Shown here: positions 20,047-30,404 of the stretch, one piece after another
Numbering within the stretch: position 1 is the first letter of the stretch
Layout: each line of letters begins with the position of its first letter
Assembly: GCF_041659925.1 (NCBI RefSeq)
Contig: NZ_JBAZXI010000012.1
Reading direction: 5' to 3' (one strand)
Source: Sphingomonas sp.
GTDB taxonomy: Bacteria; Pseudomonadota; Alphaproteobacteria; Sphingomonadales; Sphingomonadaceae
DNA length: 64,000 nt
Made by a program: the position numbers and the translations under genes
The notes under the pieces: model-generated
The model's input: the letters and a program-made list of their open reading frames with translations, nothing else
What the model was told of the DNA's origin: nothing
Databases searched by the model: none

Positions 20047-22674
20047 TCAGAGATTCACGGCCAATTTGAGATACCATTCGCGCGGCCGGTCATAGCTGCC
20101 GTAGATGACCCCGACATCGAGATTGGCGCTACCGGTCGTGATGTAGCGATCATCGGTGAGGTTGGTGCCGCCGGCGGTCAACGACCATTTCTGGCCCCGC
20201 GGATTGAACGTGACGCTGGCGTTGACGATGTCCGTCTGGTTGCGACGAAGCGCATAGGTTCGCTGCGCGTCGTTCCAGATGCTGGTTGCGTGCGTCCAGT
20301 CGGCGATGAAGACCATCGACGCCCCGTCCGCCAGATGTGCCTCATAGCGCGGCGACACGTTGAACTTCCATTTCGGGATCTTGGGCAGTGCCGCGCCGAC
20401 CAGAATCCCCGCCTGAAGCGGGTTGGGCGAACTGACCGCCGCGACGCCCGCGCCGAGCCTGACGTAATGCGCATCGATATAGCCAAGCGAGGCGTTGATC
20501 GTCAGGCCATCGGCCGGCGCGGCAACCGCCTCGAACTCCAGCCCCTTGATTCGCGCGTCCCCCGCATTGCGCAAGGTGGGTGACGCACCGATCTGGACGT
20601 TCAGCTGGATATCCCTGTAGAGCGTCGTGAAGGCGGCGGCGTTCAGCTGAAGCCGGCGGTCGAACAGCTTCGACTTGATGCCGACCTCGAACGTTTCGGC
20701 CTTTTCCTCGCCAAAACTCTGTGCGTCGGGCAGCGGGTTTGTGAGCCGCGTCGTCCAGCCCCCCGTCTTGTACCCGCGCGACCAGCTGCCATAGGCCATG
20801 ATGTCTCGCGCCGGGTGCAACTGCACGCCGACCTTGGGAGAGAAATTATTGAACGCCTGCCTGTTCAGGCCGGGCGCATAGACGCGCAGCGGATTGCTGG
20901 GGTCGGGATAACCGATGCCCTGCTGACAGGTGATCGGCGCCAGTGGGAATGGACCGGCGGGCGTGATGTCGCCATTGGGCGCGACGCAATTGAACAGCTT
21001 GTAGTTGAAGCCGTTCAAATCCTGCTGCCCGCCTTCGAAATCCTTGCTCTCATGGGTGTAGCGGCCGCCAAGGGTAATCCCGATCAGCTCGATCGGTCGC
21101 AGATCGACCTGGCCGAAAAAGGCATAATTGGAGGTCTTGAACGTGTTCGGCCCGTCGACCTGCAACAGGCCCTCGTCGAAGGTGACGAAATCATGCAACG
21201 AGCCGGATTCATTGAAATAATAGCCACCGAATACGTAGTTGACCTTCTTGTCGAACAGTGACCCGAGCAGCTGCAACTCCTCGCTGAACTGGTGCTGCCG
21301 CTGATCGAAACTGAGCTGGGCGACATTGAGCGGGGACGAATCCCCGTCGAGCCCCGAGCGCCATGCCGTCTGGCGATAGCCCGTGATCGACTTGACGGTC
21401 GTGTGGGCGGCGATGTCCGCCTCGATCGTGCCGGCAAATCCCCAATTCTCCAGTTTCGAGAAGCTGTTGCCCGTGGCATAGCTCTTGTCCGGGTCAGCAA
21501 TCAGGAAGCGGTTGTCGAACGGCAGCCGGTCATTGGCGGCGTTGCCGTCGACATTGACGCTGCCGAAGCTCGGCAGGCGCAGCGTCGGCCGGAATTGCGT
21601 ACCGATGCCGCCGCACACGCCTTGGGCATTGCGCGACGCGATCTGCGCCGGAGTCGAAGCGATGCAGAAATTATAGAGCCCGGCAAAATTGAATCCCCCA
21701 CCGGTCAAATCAAGTGCGGTCCCCGGCAAGTCGTTCGCCGCCGGCCCCGCGAACACACCGGCGCCCGGCACGGCGGCCAGCAGCTTGTTGGCGATGCCGC
21801 TCGTATCCTCGTTGCTGTAATCGCCGGTCAGGGTCAGCCGGACGGATCCGCCATTGTCCCATTTCACCTTGCCGCGCAGGACATAGTTGTTGGAGCCGCC
21901 TTCGCGTTCCGAGCTGTCATATCCGGATGCGGCAAAGGCGGTAAATGGTGGCGCATTGTTCGCGCGTTGATCGGGAAATGGCACGCGCTGGAGATATCCC
22001 TGGCGGTTCTTGACGCCGAACGTGATCGAAGTGCGCAGATCGTTGGTGATCGGAAGATCGACGGTGCCGCGCACCTGGAGCAGGCGGTAACTACCCGTGG
22101 TGACGTCGCCGGTGAACTTGAAATGATCGCCCGGATCGCGCGTGATGATCGAGATCGCGCCGCCGATCGTATTGCGGCCGAAGAGTGTGCCCTGGGGGCC
22201 TTTGAGCACTTCGATCCGCGCCACGTCGAGCAGATCCTGGTTCGCACCCACCGTGCGCGCCAGATAGACGCCATCGACATAGATGCCGACGCCAGGATCG
22301 ATGTTGAACGCGAAATCGTCCGAACCGATACCCCGAATGAAGGCCGAAAGGACCGCCGACGAACCCGAAAAGGGCGTTCCCCCATCGAGGTTGACGTTGG
22401 GCGCCAGGTTGGACAGTTGCGCCACGCTGGTCACGGCGCGTTCCTGAAGCCCCGCGGACGTGAACGCACTGATCGCGATCGGCACATCCTGAACGTTCTC
22501 GGCGCGCTTTTGCGCCGTCACGACGATATCCTGGAGGCGGTCGGGTTCAGCGCCGGCTTGCGCTTCGGCCTGGCCCGGTTGCGCGGTCGCGGTAGCCTGA
22601 GCCATGGCCATCTCCGGCCACGAGGCAAGCGCGAGCGCCGAAAGACTGACCAGACCACGGATCGTCGTCTTCAC
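20047..22674 (-). CDS. TonB-dependent receptor
   Basis: Signal peptide, IVVTAQKRAENVQDVPIAISAF, EVLKGPQGTLFGRN, GYKTGG, C-terminal aromatic-ending strand. Confidence 0.95.
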   Translation of the reverse strand: MKTTIRGLVSLSALALASWPEMAMAQATATAQPGQAEAQAGAEPDRLQDIVVTAQKRAENVQDVPIAISAFTSAGLQERAVTSVAQLSNLAPNVNLDGGTPFSGSSAVLSAFIRGIGSDDFAFNIDPGVGIYVDGVYLARTVGANQDLLDVARIEVLKGPQGTLFGRNTIGGAISIITRDPGDHFKFTGDVTTGSYRLLQVRGTVDLPITNDLRTSITFGVKNRQGYLQRVPFPDQRANNAPPFTAFAASGYDSSEREGGSNNYVLRGKVKWDNGGSVRLTLTGDYSNEDTSGIANKLLAAVPGAGVFAGPAANDLPGTALDLTGGGFNFAGLYNFCIASTPAQIASRNAQGVCGGIGTQFRPTLRLPSFGSVNVDGNAANDRLPFDNRFLIADPDKSYATGNSFSKLENWGFAGTIEADIAAHTTVKSITGYRQTAWRSGLDGDSSPLNVAQLSFDQRQHQFSEELQLLGSLFDKKVNYVFGGYYFNESGSLHDFVTFDEGLLQVDGPNTFKTSNYAFFGQVDLRPIELIGITLGGRYTHESKDFEGGQQDLNGFNYKLFNCVAPNGDITPAGPFPLAPITCQQGIGYPDPSNPLRVYAPGLNRQAFNNFSPKVGVQLHPARDIMAYGSWSRGYKTGGWTTRLTNPLPDAQSFGEEKAETFEVGIKSKLFDRRLQLNAAAFTTLYRDIQLNVQIGASPTLRNAGDARIKGLEFEAVAAPADGLTINASLGYIDAHYVRLGAGVAAVSSPNPLQAGILVGAALPKIPKWKFNVSPRYEAHLADGASMVFIADWTHATSIWNDAQRTYALRRNQTDIVNASVTFNPRGQKWSLTAGGTNLTDDRYITTGSANLDVGVIYGSYDRPREWYLKLAVNL

Positions 22675-23256
22675 TTCTCATCCTCCCCTTTGGACCGCGC
22701 ACATTCTCGGACGTCGTCGGCACAGTATTCACGATCGGTCGACTTATCTGCCAATCCTGTCGCAAGTTCATGCGACGCTCTTCCGCCCACAAATGCCAAT
22801 AAGAAATCTCTGCGGCTCATAAGATATTCAGAAGTGTCGATATGCCGGTCACCGGAGAGACTCCAATCGAGTCAACACGGGGGTAATTTGATGGGGAGCA
22901 ATTTTTCTGAAAGCGGACTGACCGGCCACCGGCAGTGACCCGACGCGGGAATTTGGCAATTCCACGGCTACGCCATCATGGAATCCGCCTGTCGAATTTG
23001 CCAATCGACGCGTTCGACTAGGTCGCTACTTCGGTGTCGGGACTTCGATACCGGTTGCCCCAATATATCTGGTCGACCGCGTGGTGGATCCTCGATCTCA
23101 TCGCGCGGGGCGAGCCGCCGACCCGAGGGGGCGTGGCGCTTCGGCCAAGGTGTCGGGCGGCGCGCCGATTCACCGCGCTCCCGCCCGATTGACACGGGCC
23201 GCCGCCCCGCCGACACATGCCGCCATCCCCTGCCCTCACCGTTCCCGGAGTTCCCG

Positions 23257-26139
23257 ATGCGCCTGATCCGTGTTGCCCTGTTGCTCAGCGTCGCCGCGCT
23301 GCCCCTCGCCGCGACGGCGAAGCAGCCCGTCCGTCACGCCCCGCGCCCCGCCGCCACGGCGCCCGCAACGGCGGCGGCGGTCAAGCCGATCGCCTTTACC
23401 GAGCGCACGCTCGCCAACGGCCTGCGCGTCTATGCCATTCGCGACACCGGCACGGCCAACGTCTCGGTGCAGGTGTGGTACGATGTCGGGTCGAAGAACG
23501 ATCCGGTCGGCCGCTCGGGCTTCGCGCACATGTTCGAACATCTCATGTTCAAGGCGTCGCGCAACCTCGTGTCGGAGCAGATGGACCGGCTGACCGAGGA
23601 TGTCGGCGGCAACAACAACGCCTCGACCAATGACGATTATACCGAATATCACGAGGTCATCCCCGCCAACCATCTCCAGCGGCTGCTGTTCGCCGAGGCC
23701 GATCGCATGGCGAGCCTGGTGGTCGAACCCAAGAGCTTCGCGTCGGAACGCGACGTGGTGAAGGAGGAGCTGCGCCAGAACACCAACGCCCGGCCGTACG
23801 GCAAGCTGTTCTCGCTCTATTATCCGGCGATTTCCTACAGCAGGCATCCCTACGCGCGCGGCACGATCGGCAGCATCGACAATCTCGACAGCGCGCGGAT
23901 CGACGATGTCCGCGCCTTCCACGCGCTCTATTACCGCCCCGACAATGCCGTGCTGGTCGTCGCGGGCAATTTCGACCCCAAGCAGCTCGATGCCTGGGTC
24001 GACGAGTATTTCGCCCCGATCAAGCGCCCCGACTGGTCGATCCCGCGCGTCACGGTGACCGAGCCGGAACGCACCCACGCCATCAGCCGCACCGTCTATG
24101 AGCCCAACACGCCGCTCCCCGCGGTGCTGATCTCCTATCCGATCCCGCCCGATCGCGACCCCGACAGCCCCGCGCTCGCCGTGCTCAACACCATATTGTC
24201 GGGCGGCGAGAGTTCGCGGCTCTACCAGAGCCTCGTCTATCGCGATCAGCTCGCCCAGTCGGCCGAGAGCTTCGTCGACTCCAAGCAGGGCCCGGGCAAT
24301 CTCGCCGTGCTGTCGATCATGGCCTCGGGCAAGGATGTCGCGACCGGCGAGGCGGCGCTGCGCCGCGAGGTCGCCCGGCTGCGCGACGCGCCGGTAAGCG
24401 CGGCCGAGCTGGCCAAGGCGCGCAACCAGATCGTCACCACCGTGCTGCGCTCGCGCGAGACCGCCGAGGGCAAGGCGACGACGATTGCCGAATCGACGAT
24501 CATCGACGGCGACCCGCATGCCGCCGATCGCGACCTTGCCGCCATCGCGCGCGTCACCGCTGCCGATGTCCAGCGCGTCGCGCGCAAATATCTCCGCGAC
24601 GATCGTTCGGCGACGATCCGCTACCTGCCCGCCGAAATGGCCCCGGCCGGCACGAAGAACGAACCGATCACCGTTGCGTCGACCGTGGTGACCCAGCCGC
24701 TCGTCGCACCGCCGCATGTCGAGGTCTTCACCCCCGCCAGCGAGGCCGAGCGCGTCCAGCTGCCCGCGCCCGGCGCACCCGTCGTGCCCGCTATCCCGGC
24801 ACCGGTGACGATGAAGCTCGCCAACGGCCTGACCGTGCTGGTGGTCGAGCGCCATGAACTGCCGCTGCTCACCGCCGCGCTGGTCACCACCACCGGCGGC
24901 GCGGCCGACCCAGCCGACCGTGCCGGGCTGTTCAACCTCACCTCCGACCTGATGACCAAGGGCACGACGACGCGCTCGGCCACCCAGATCGCACAGCAGA
25001 TCGAGACGCTCGGCGGCAGCATCTCCAGCAACGCCGAGTGGGACGGCTCGACCGTGTCGATCGACGTCAAATCCGACCAGGCCGGCCCGGCGCTGGCGAT
25101 CCTCGCCGATGTCGCGGAGCACCCCGCCTTCGCCGCCGACGAGATCGAACGCGCCCGCGTCCAGGCGATCGACGGCGTCAACGTCACGATCAAGGATCCG
25201 TCGCGGCTCGCCGGGCTGGTGTCGGCGCGGACGGTGTTCGGCGACATGCCTTATGGCCACGCGCTGTCGGGCACCCCGAAATCGCTCAAGGCGATCACGC
25301 GCGGCGACATCGTCGGCGCCTATCGCACGGCATGGTCGCCGCGCAACGCCACGCTGGTGATGGTCGGCGACATTACGCCGGCCGCGGCCCGCACCCTGGC
25401 CGAGCGCAATCTCGGCGCCTGGGGCGGGCCCGTCGCGACGCGGGCGACCGAGGGGGAAACGCTTACCCAGGTCGGTGCGTCGACCAACGTCGCGCCCCGC
25501 GTCGTCGTCGTCGACATGCCGGGCGCGGGCCAGGCCGGCGTGGTCGTCGGCCGCATGGCCATCGCGCGCAGCGACCCGAGCTATTACCCGGCGTCGGTCG
25601 CCAACACGATCCTCGGCGGCGGCTTCTCGTCGCGGCTCAACCAGGAAATCCGCATCAAGCGCGGCCTCGCTTATGGTGCCGGCAGCACGCTGGCGGCGCA
25701 TCGCGACGGCGGCTCGATCTCGGCACGGACTTCGACCAAGAACCCCAGCGCGCCGGAGACGGTGGCGATCATCGTCGCCGAGATGAAGCGGATGGGTGCC
25801 GAGCCGGTCGCAGCGAGCGAGCTCGACACGCGCAAGGCGGTGCTGATCGGCGGCTTCGGCCGCGCCACCGAGACGACCGGCGGCATCGCCGGCACGCTCG
25901 CCGGCTATGTCGAACAGGGCGTACCGGTGTCCGAGCTGCAGCGCTACATCCCCTCGGTCAGCGCGGTCGATCCCGCCGCCGTGCAACACGCCGCGGCGGC
26001 GCTGATGGACCCGGCGCGCGCCAGCATCGTCGTGGTCGGCGACGCCAGGCTGTTCGTCGACGCGCTGCGCAAGGATTACCCGCAGCTCGAGGTCATCCCG
26101 GCCGACAAGCTCGACCTCGACAGCCCGGCGCTGAAGTAA
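23257..26139 (+). CDS. M16 family zinc peptidase (pitrilysin/PqqL-like), exported
   Basis: Signal peptide; GRSGFAHMFEHLMF (inverted HxxEH), ERDVVKEE, YRPDNA; duplicated second half. Confidence 0.93.
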   Translation: MRLIRVALLLSVAALPLAATAKQPVRHAPRPAATAPATAAAVKPIAFTERTLANGLRVYAIRDTGTANVSVQVWYDVGSKNDPVGRSGFAHMFEHLMFKASRNLVSEQMDRLTEDVGGNNNASTNDDYTEYHEVIPANHLQRLLFAEADRMASLVVEPKSFASERDVVKEELRQNTNARPYGKLFSLYYPAISYSRHPYARGTIGSIDNLDSARIDDVRAFHALYYRPDNAVLVVAGNFDPKQLDAWVDEYFAPIKRPDWSIPRVTVTEPERTHAISRTVYEPNTPLPAVLISYPIPPDRDPDSPALAVLNTILSGGESSRLYQSLVYRDQLAQSAESFVDSKQGPGNLAVLSIMASGKDVATGEAALRREVARLRDAPVSAAELAKARNQIVTTVLRSRETAEGKATTIAESTIIDGDPHAADRDLAAIARVTAADVQRVARKYLRDDRSATIRYLPAEMAPAGTKNEPITVASTVVTQPLVAPPHVEVFTPASEAERVQLPAPGAPVVPAIPAPVTMKLANGLTVLVVERHELPLLTAALVTTTGGAADPADRAGLFNLTSDLMTKGTTTRSATQIAQQIETLGGSISSNAEWDGSTVSIDVKSDQAGPALAILADVAEHPAFAADEIERARVQAIDGVNVTIKDPSRLAGLVSARTVFGDMPYGHALSGTPKSLKAITRGDIVGAYRTAWSPRNATLVMVGDITPAAARTLAERNLGAWGGPVATRATEGETLTQVGASTNVAPRVVVVDMPGAGQAGVVVGRMAIARSDPSYYPASVANTILGGGFSSRLNQEIRIKRGLAYGAGSTLAAHRDGGSISARTSTKNPSAPETVAIIVAEMKRMGAEPVAASELDTRKAVLIGGFGRATETTGGIAGTLAGYVEQGVPVSELQRYIPSVSAVDPAAVQHAAAALMDPARASIVVVGDARLFVDALRKDYPQLEVIPADKLDLDSPALK

Positions 26140-26145
26140 GCGTCG

Positions 26146-26175
26146 CCGGCCTCGCCCGGCTCAGGGCGAGGCCGG
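26146..26175. terminator. 12-bp hairpin between convergent M16 and S8-PLD genes
   Basis: CCGGCCTCGCCC-ggctca-GGGCGAGGCCGG. No U-tract, so function is inferred from position only. Confidence 0.45.
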
Positions 26176-29100
26176 GTCGACCAGGTCGAGCAGCAACGGC
26201 GCGACGATGCCGATCGCGCGGTTGATGATCGGGTGGTGCGGCGGATGGACCGGGTCGAAGCGCGCCACGCCGAGCGCGGGATTGGGCACCATCGGCGAGG
26301 AGAAGCCGGGCCATAGCGATATGTCGGTGCCGTCGGTCGGTGCCGGCACGCCGAGATGCTCGCTCCACAGCCGCATGCGGAACTGCTGGGCGAAGGTCAG
26401 CCCGCTCGCCGAGGTCTCCGCGCTCTCGCCGCGCGCGGCGAGCGCGATCAGCGGCGGGCTGGCATTGGCGTCGTCGAAGATGAAGGCATCGACCTCGCTG
26501 TCATGCTGGTAGCCGCGCCGGTTGCAGTTGGCCGATCCGATCACCGCCAGCTCGTCGTCGAACACCCAGCACTTCGAGTGGACATAGCTCTCCCGCCCGA
26601 AGCTGTTCGGCGCACTGCCGCGCGGCTTGTTGAGCTGGAAGACGTTGAGCTTGGCCGCGACATCGGGGCTCTTGCCGGCGATCACCGCGTCGATGAACTG
26701 CTGGCGATAGAATTGCGGGAAGATCAGCCCGCCGCTGATCTCGTTGCCGGGGATCAGGATCGTGACGTGATTCAACCGATCGATCACCCTGTTAAGAGCA
26801 CGGGCCGTGGCAAGGTCGATCAGATACTGGTCTTCGATATAAATGAAGCGCTGGGCGTTGGCGATCGCGGTGATCAGCAGCCGGCCGATGTCGCGTTGTT
26901 TGGGCGGGCGCGTGCTGCCGGCGACCGGCGTCCAGGTCCGCGCGACGATCACCGAGGCGCTGCCGCCGAACGGCGCGTCGGCGAGTGACGGGTTGGGGAT
27001 CGCCGGCGCGGGAACGCCGGTGATCGGGTCGCCGCGCAACGCGCCCTTGGCGGCGTCGATCGCGCGGCCGTCAGGGTGGTCGAGCCAGCGCTCGACAAAG
27101 GTGCGCAGCAGCTCGCGCGTCGCCGGTCCGACGATGCGGCAATGCGTGTCGTGCTGCGGATCGCTCGGCCCGACCGCGCCGTGCGTGCCGGTGCCGCAGC
27201 TGGTGATGTCGGGCATCACGCGGTTGGGGTTGAGGTCGAGCCCGCCGCAATAGCCGACCAGCCGCTCCCCATCGAACACCAGCAGCACCTTCTGGTGGTG
27301 CGCCGCCTTGATGCCCTGCAGCTTGCGCGCGATCTCGTCGCGGATCCGCCGCCACTCGGCATCGACCGCGGGGTCGAGTCGCGCCAGCGCGAGGACGCCC
27401 GACGCCATCTGCATCGCCGCCTCGACCTGCGCCCGGCTGATCGGCACCGCCCCGCCGTTGCGGCCGTCGACGATGCCGCCGCCATTGGACAGCGCGTTGA
27501 TCCGCCCGATATTCTCGCGGATCACGCCCGGCTTGCTGAGATTGTCCCATACCATCGCGCGGACCTGCACGCCGCGCGATACGGCGGCGCTGAGCAGCGC
27601 GTTGAGGCTGGTGGTGCAGTCACCGTGGCGCAGCGGGAAATTGTCGTACATGTCCCAGCCGAGCAGGTAGATGAAGGCCCGGTCGCCCTGCGCGGCGCGG
27701 ATGTCGTCGACCATCGCGTCATAGGTCGCGGCGCCGTCGACCAGCGCCTTGACCGCGTTCTGCGTCGTGGTCGGCGCATTGGCCGAGCCGCGCAGGATCG
27801 ACAGCCAGCGGTCGGGCCGCAGCACGACGGTCGAGATCGGGATGATCGGCGGGACGATCGGGGGAATGATCGGCGGGAAGTCCGGCGGCGCATCGTCGCG
27901 CGCGAGGAGATCGAGCATCGCCCAGGTCTTCGGGCCGATCACGCCGTCCCACTCGCTCGGCTGGCCGGGAAAGGCGATGTGCTGGAACGACAGGGTCGCG
28001 GCGGCGGTGTTGGGGCCGAAGATCGCGTCGACGGTGAGCGGGCAGCGGTCGATCGGGCTCTGCATCGCCCCCACGCGCCGGGCGTGGACGCGGTTGAGCT
28101 TGGCCTGCGCCTCGGCGACCGCCGGGCCGGACGAGCCGCGCCGGATCATCGGGTGCGCGCCCGGCGGCGGCGGCACCGACTCGTCGGCAGCCTCGCCGGC
28201 ATGGCGCAGGATAACGCTGTCGTGGAGCATCAGCCCGTCGGGCCCGGTGACGCGCCGCGCGAAGCCCATCGGACCGCCGCCGGGTTCGATCACGCGGACA
28301 TAGCGGCCGGGCAGCGGCCCCTCGGTGACGACGCCGAGCCGGCGCATCGCCCCAGCGCCGAGCAAGGCGGGGTCGAGGATGACGGCGACCCGCGGTGCGC
28401 GCGTCGGGCCGTGGCGCAACAGCACGTCGCCGGGGCGCAGGTCGCCGGCGAGGCGTTGCCCCTGCCAGGCGACGACGCCGATCGACCGGTCATCGGGATC
28501 GAGCGCGCGGCGCAGCATCGTCAGCGGCGGTTCGCCGGCGAGCGCGGTCGGAAAGTCGGCGGGCGCGACACCGTCGCTCAGCAGCCGCGTGGCGGCATCG
28601 ACAAGATCCTGGGTCATGGATTCTCCTTCGCGGGGTGGCGCGGGTGGACGGGGCGGGGTTGCGACCGGCGGGGGAAGCGCGCGCGCGCGCGCCACCGCTT
28701 CGGCGATGGCGAGCTGGCCATAGCCCCAGCGCGGATCGTCGGAGCCGGGCGCGGCGAGCGTCGCGAACAGCGCGCGGCGCAACGCCGTGACGCGCTGCGA
28801 CCCGGCGGCCTGCATCATCAACGCGAGCGTGCCGGCGACGTGCGGCGCGGCCATGCTGGTGCCGCTCATCCGCATATAGCCGGGCGTCGCGGTGGGATCG
28901 CTGCGCGACCTGACCGAGAGCACGCGCACGCCGGGCGCGGCGAGCAGCGGCTTGCGGCGGCCGTCGCGGGTCGGCCCGACGCTGGAGAAGCTGCCCAGCG
29001 GGTGCGCCGGATCGTGCGCGTCATAGGCGCCGACCGCAATGGTGCGCAGCGCATTGCAGATGCTGCCGGTGGTCGATCGCCGATCGGCGAGGTCGTGGCG

Positions 29101-30366
29101 GAACTGCGCCTGGCACTTGGGACAGGCGGCATTGCGCTCGATCCAGGCGTGCCAGCGGCCATCGACCACGTCGACGCCCTCGATCTCGATTTCCCACACC
29201 CCCGCCACCGCTTCGCGGCGCAGGAACAGGTTGATCAGATTGTCGCCGCTATTGGGGTCGGCGATGCGATGATAGAGATGACCGACCTCGCGCCCATCGG
29301 CGAGCCGCACCGGCGCATCATGGCCGAGCGCCGCGACCGCCGACGCGCCGTCGGGGCCGCGCATCCGGGCGGCGAACTCGTCGGCACCGTTATACCAGAT
29401 CTCGACCGATACCGGGATCGCGTCGCGCCGCGTCATGCGGAAGGGGAGCTGCGCGGTGCGCGTCTCGCTGATCCGGCCGGACATATGGACGTCGCGCGAA
29501 TAATAGTTGCCCGTGCTCTGCACCACGGCGGTGCCCGGGCGATTGATCAGCAGCCAGTCGATCGCGCGCTCGACCAGCAACCTCCCGGTATGCGAGCCGC
29601 CATGGCGGCCGAGGCTGAGGTTGAAGACCAGCGGCCGGTCGGCGGCGGTGCGCACGGCGAAGTCGATCGCCTCGAGCAGCTCGATCGAGTTGCCGAGGTC
29701 GCCGCCGCCGCTGCCGAGATGGATGAAGATCAACCCCGCCTCGGGCGCGATGCCCTGCGGCCCGCCGGCGCGGCCATTGCCGGCGGCGATGCCGAGGACA
29801 TGCGTGCCGTGCGCATTGGCGGCCGGCGTATAGCCGAGCGCGGCGAACGGATCGGGCTGGCCAAGCGCGCGGTCGATCGCGGCGGGTGTGTGGATGCGGC
29901 CATAGCCGTAGCGATTGGCCGGCACCGCCGCGCCGCGCTGGTCCCACAGGCCGAGCAGGCGGGTCGAACCATCGGCGTTGCGGAAATCGGGATGGGCATA
30001 GTCGAGCGACCAGTCGATCACGCACACCGCCGTGCCACGCCCGGTTTCGGGGAGGTCGGGCGGCCGGCGGACATCGTCGGGCGCGATATCGGGCGGGTCA
30101 TCGGCCTCGCCGACGCCGTGGCCGTCATGATGGATCGCCTCAAGCTCGCGGGCATAGTCGCGCGGCGCCTTGATGCTGGCGATCGCCGGATCGGCATGGA
30201 GCGCGCGGAGCGCGCTGCGCTCGGTGCGCGCCGTGGCGACGACACCGAATTCGGCGACCAGCCGCAACGCGGCGGGCGCGCGGGCGCCGTGGTGGAGCCG
30301 GACGACGACGGCCACATCGTCGTCCGGCTCACCCTCGGCGATCAGTTCCTGGAGTGCGGGATCCAT
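26161..30366 (-). CDS. Fusion: S8 subtilase (Csp-like) + unknown domain + peptidoglycan-binding domain + phospholipase D
   Basis: Triad VIDWSLD (D118), HGTHV (H186), GTSMAAP (S504). PG-binding IRRGSSGPAV..DAIFGPNT..DGVIGPKTW. PLD HHQKVLLVFD and YVHSKCWVFDD..IGSAN. Confidence 0.88.
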   Translation of the reverse strand: MDPALQELIAEGEPDDDVAVVVRLHHGARAPAALRLVAEFGVVATARTERSALRALHADPAIASIKAPRDYARELEAIHHDGHGVGEADDPPDIAPDDVRRPPDLPETGRGTAVCVIDWSLDYAHPDFRNADGSTRLLGLWDQRGAAVPANRYGYGRIHTPAAIDRALGQPDPFAALGYTPAANAHGTHVLGIAAGNGRAGGPQGIAPEAGLIFIHLGSGGGDLGNSIELLEAIDFAVRTAADRPLVFNLSLGRHGGSHTGRLLVERAIDWLLINRPGTAVVQSTGNYYSRDVHMSGRISETRTAQLPFRMTRRDAIPVSVEIWYNGADEFAARMRGPDGASAVAALGHDAPVRLADGREVGHLYHRIADPNSGDNLINLFLRREAVAGVWEIEIEGVDVVDGRWHAWIERNAACPKCQAQFRHDLADRRSTTGSICNALRTIAVGAYDAHDPAHPLGSFSSVGPTRDGRRKPLLAAPGVRVLSVRSRSDPTATPGYMRMSGTSMAAPHVAGTLALMMQAAGSQRVTALRRALFATLAAPGSDDPRWGYGQLAIAEAVARARALPPPVATPPRPPAPPREGESMTQDLVDAATRLLSDGVAPADFPTALAGEPPLTMLRRALDPDDRSIGVVAWQGQRLAGDLRPGDVLLRHGPTRAPRVAVILDPALLGAGAMRRLGVVTEGPLPGRYVRVIEPGGGPMGFARRVTGPDGLMLHDSVILRHAGEAADESVPPPPGAHPMIRRGSSGPAVAEAQAKLNRVHARRVGAMQSPIDRCPLTVDAIFGPNTAAATLSFQHIAFPGQPSEWDGVIGPKTWAMLDLLARDDAPPDFPPIIPPIVPPIIPISTVVLRPDRWLSILRGSANAPTTTQNAVKALVDGAATYDAMVDDIRAAQGDRAFIYLLGWDMYDNFPLRHGDCTTSLNALLSAAVSRGVQVRAMVWDNLSKPGVIRENIGRINALSNGGGIVDGRNGGAVPISRAQVEAAMQMASGVLALARLDPAVDAEWRRIRDEIARKLQGIKAAHHQKVLLVFDGERLVGYCGGLDLNPNRVMPDITSCGTGTHGAVGPSDPQHDTHCRIVGPATRELLRTFVERWLDHPDGRAIDAAKGALRGDPITGVPAPAIPNPSLADAPFGGSASVIVARTWTPVAGSTRPPKQRDIGRLLITAIANAQRFIYIEDQYLIDLATARALNRVIDRLNHVTILIPGNEISGGLIFPQFYRQQFIDAVIAGKSPDVAAKLNVFQLNKPRGSAPNSFGRESYVHSKCWVFDDELAVIGSANCNRRGYQHDSEVDAFIFDDANASPPLIALAARGESAETSASGLTFAQQFRMRLWSEHLGVPAPTDGTDISLWPGFSSPMVPNPALGVARFDPVHPPHHPIINRAIGIVAPLLLDLVDPASP

Positions 30367-30404
30367 CGCATTTCACCTTTCTCCAGGGGTACGCCGCACC
30401 AGCG

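Noticed and set aside
22675-23256. 580-bp gap between the TonB receptor and M16 genes, possible pseudogene or sRNA
   Set aside because: Short ORFs have no motifs and no recognisable riboswitch or RNA structure was seen.
23236-25989. 917-aa minus-strand ORF and similar long overlapping ORFs (e.g. 21292-22938, 48268-50301, 54134-55837, 61946-63691)
   Set aside because: Shadows of the M16 peptidase, TonB receptors, tape measure and glycosyltransferase genes.
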